64,000 nucleotides of DNA from a phage. Shown piece after piece: positions 63,952-64,000 of the stretch. How positions within the stretch are numbered: the stretch's first letter is position 1; every line of letters begins with the position of its first letter. The stretch lies in the NCBI GenBank assembly GCA_033664045.1, contig GCA_033664045.1_3674.1. One strand, given 5' to 3'. The notes beneath the pieces were generated by a model that searched no databases, was not told where the DNA came from, and worked only from the letters and a program-made list of their open reading frames with translations. A program made the translations under genes and the position numbers.

Positions 63952-64000
63952 GGCAACAATCCTTGAGGTTTGGATTCGAATCTTTTTACCTTTGTGGTTG

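Noticed and set aside
63950-64000. tRNA genes (a TTCGAAT T-loop-like motif near the window end and elsewhere)
   Set aside because: No full cloverleaf with acceptor and anticodon stems could be assembled by eye anywhere in the window; a tRNA scan would be decisive.

Overview
The window reads as a contiguous piece of a large virulent double-stranded DNA phage genome, probably infecting a gammaproteobacterium (E. coli-like sigma70 promoters, AGGAG ribosome-binding sites, an E. coli-type SSB tail and an HPF homolog). All calls are from reading motifs by eye; no database search was possible. Layout: (1) the 3' end of a plus-strand gene and a bidirectional terminator (1-226); (2) a minus-strand block (229-6926) with a HAD-like phosphatase and a vWA/metallopeptidase-like protein; (3) a divergent promoter region (about 6950-7030); (4) a long plus-strand replication block (7069-32171) with a MoxR-like AAA+ ATPase, a secreted SleB-like hydrolase, a GHKL ATPase (possibly rIIA-like), a Pif1/Dda-like helicase, a C5-methyltransferase-like protein, an HNH-AP2 homing endonuclease, a T7 gp4-like primase-helicase, a family A DNA polymerase, an SSB-like protein and a TARG1/DarG-like macro domain protein; (5) a roughly 1 kb repeat-rich non-coding region (32172-33187) with iteron-like direct repeats and two Fur-box-like sites; (6) a block of about 28 small plus-strand genes (33188-42909), most with their own promoter and no recognisable function; (7) a roughly 2.5 kb repeat-dense, gene-poor convergence region (42956-45446); (8) a minus-strand block (45447-63951) of small paralogous genes, membrane proteins, an HPF homolog, Dam-like methyltransferase, ClpP-like peptidase, PhoH, and an nrdG/nrdD locus invaded by two homing-endonuclease genes. 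The strongest candidates for something new are the macro domain protein, the two repeat-rich non-coding regions, the perfect 29-bp inverted repeat bracketing the small-gene block, and the phage-borne HPF.
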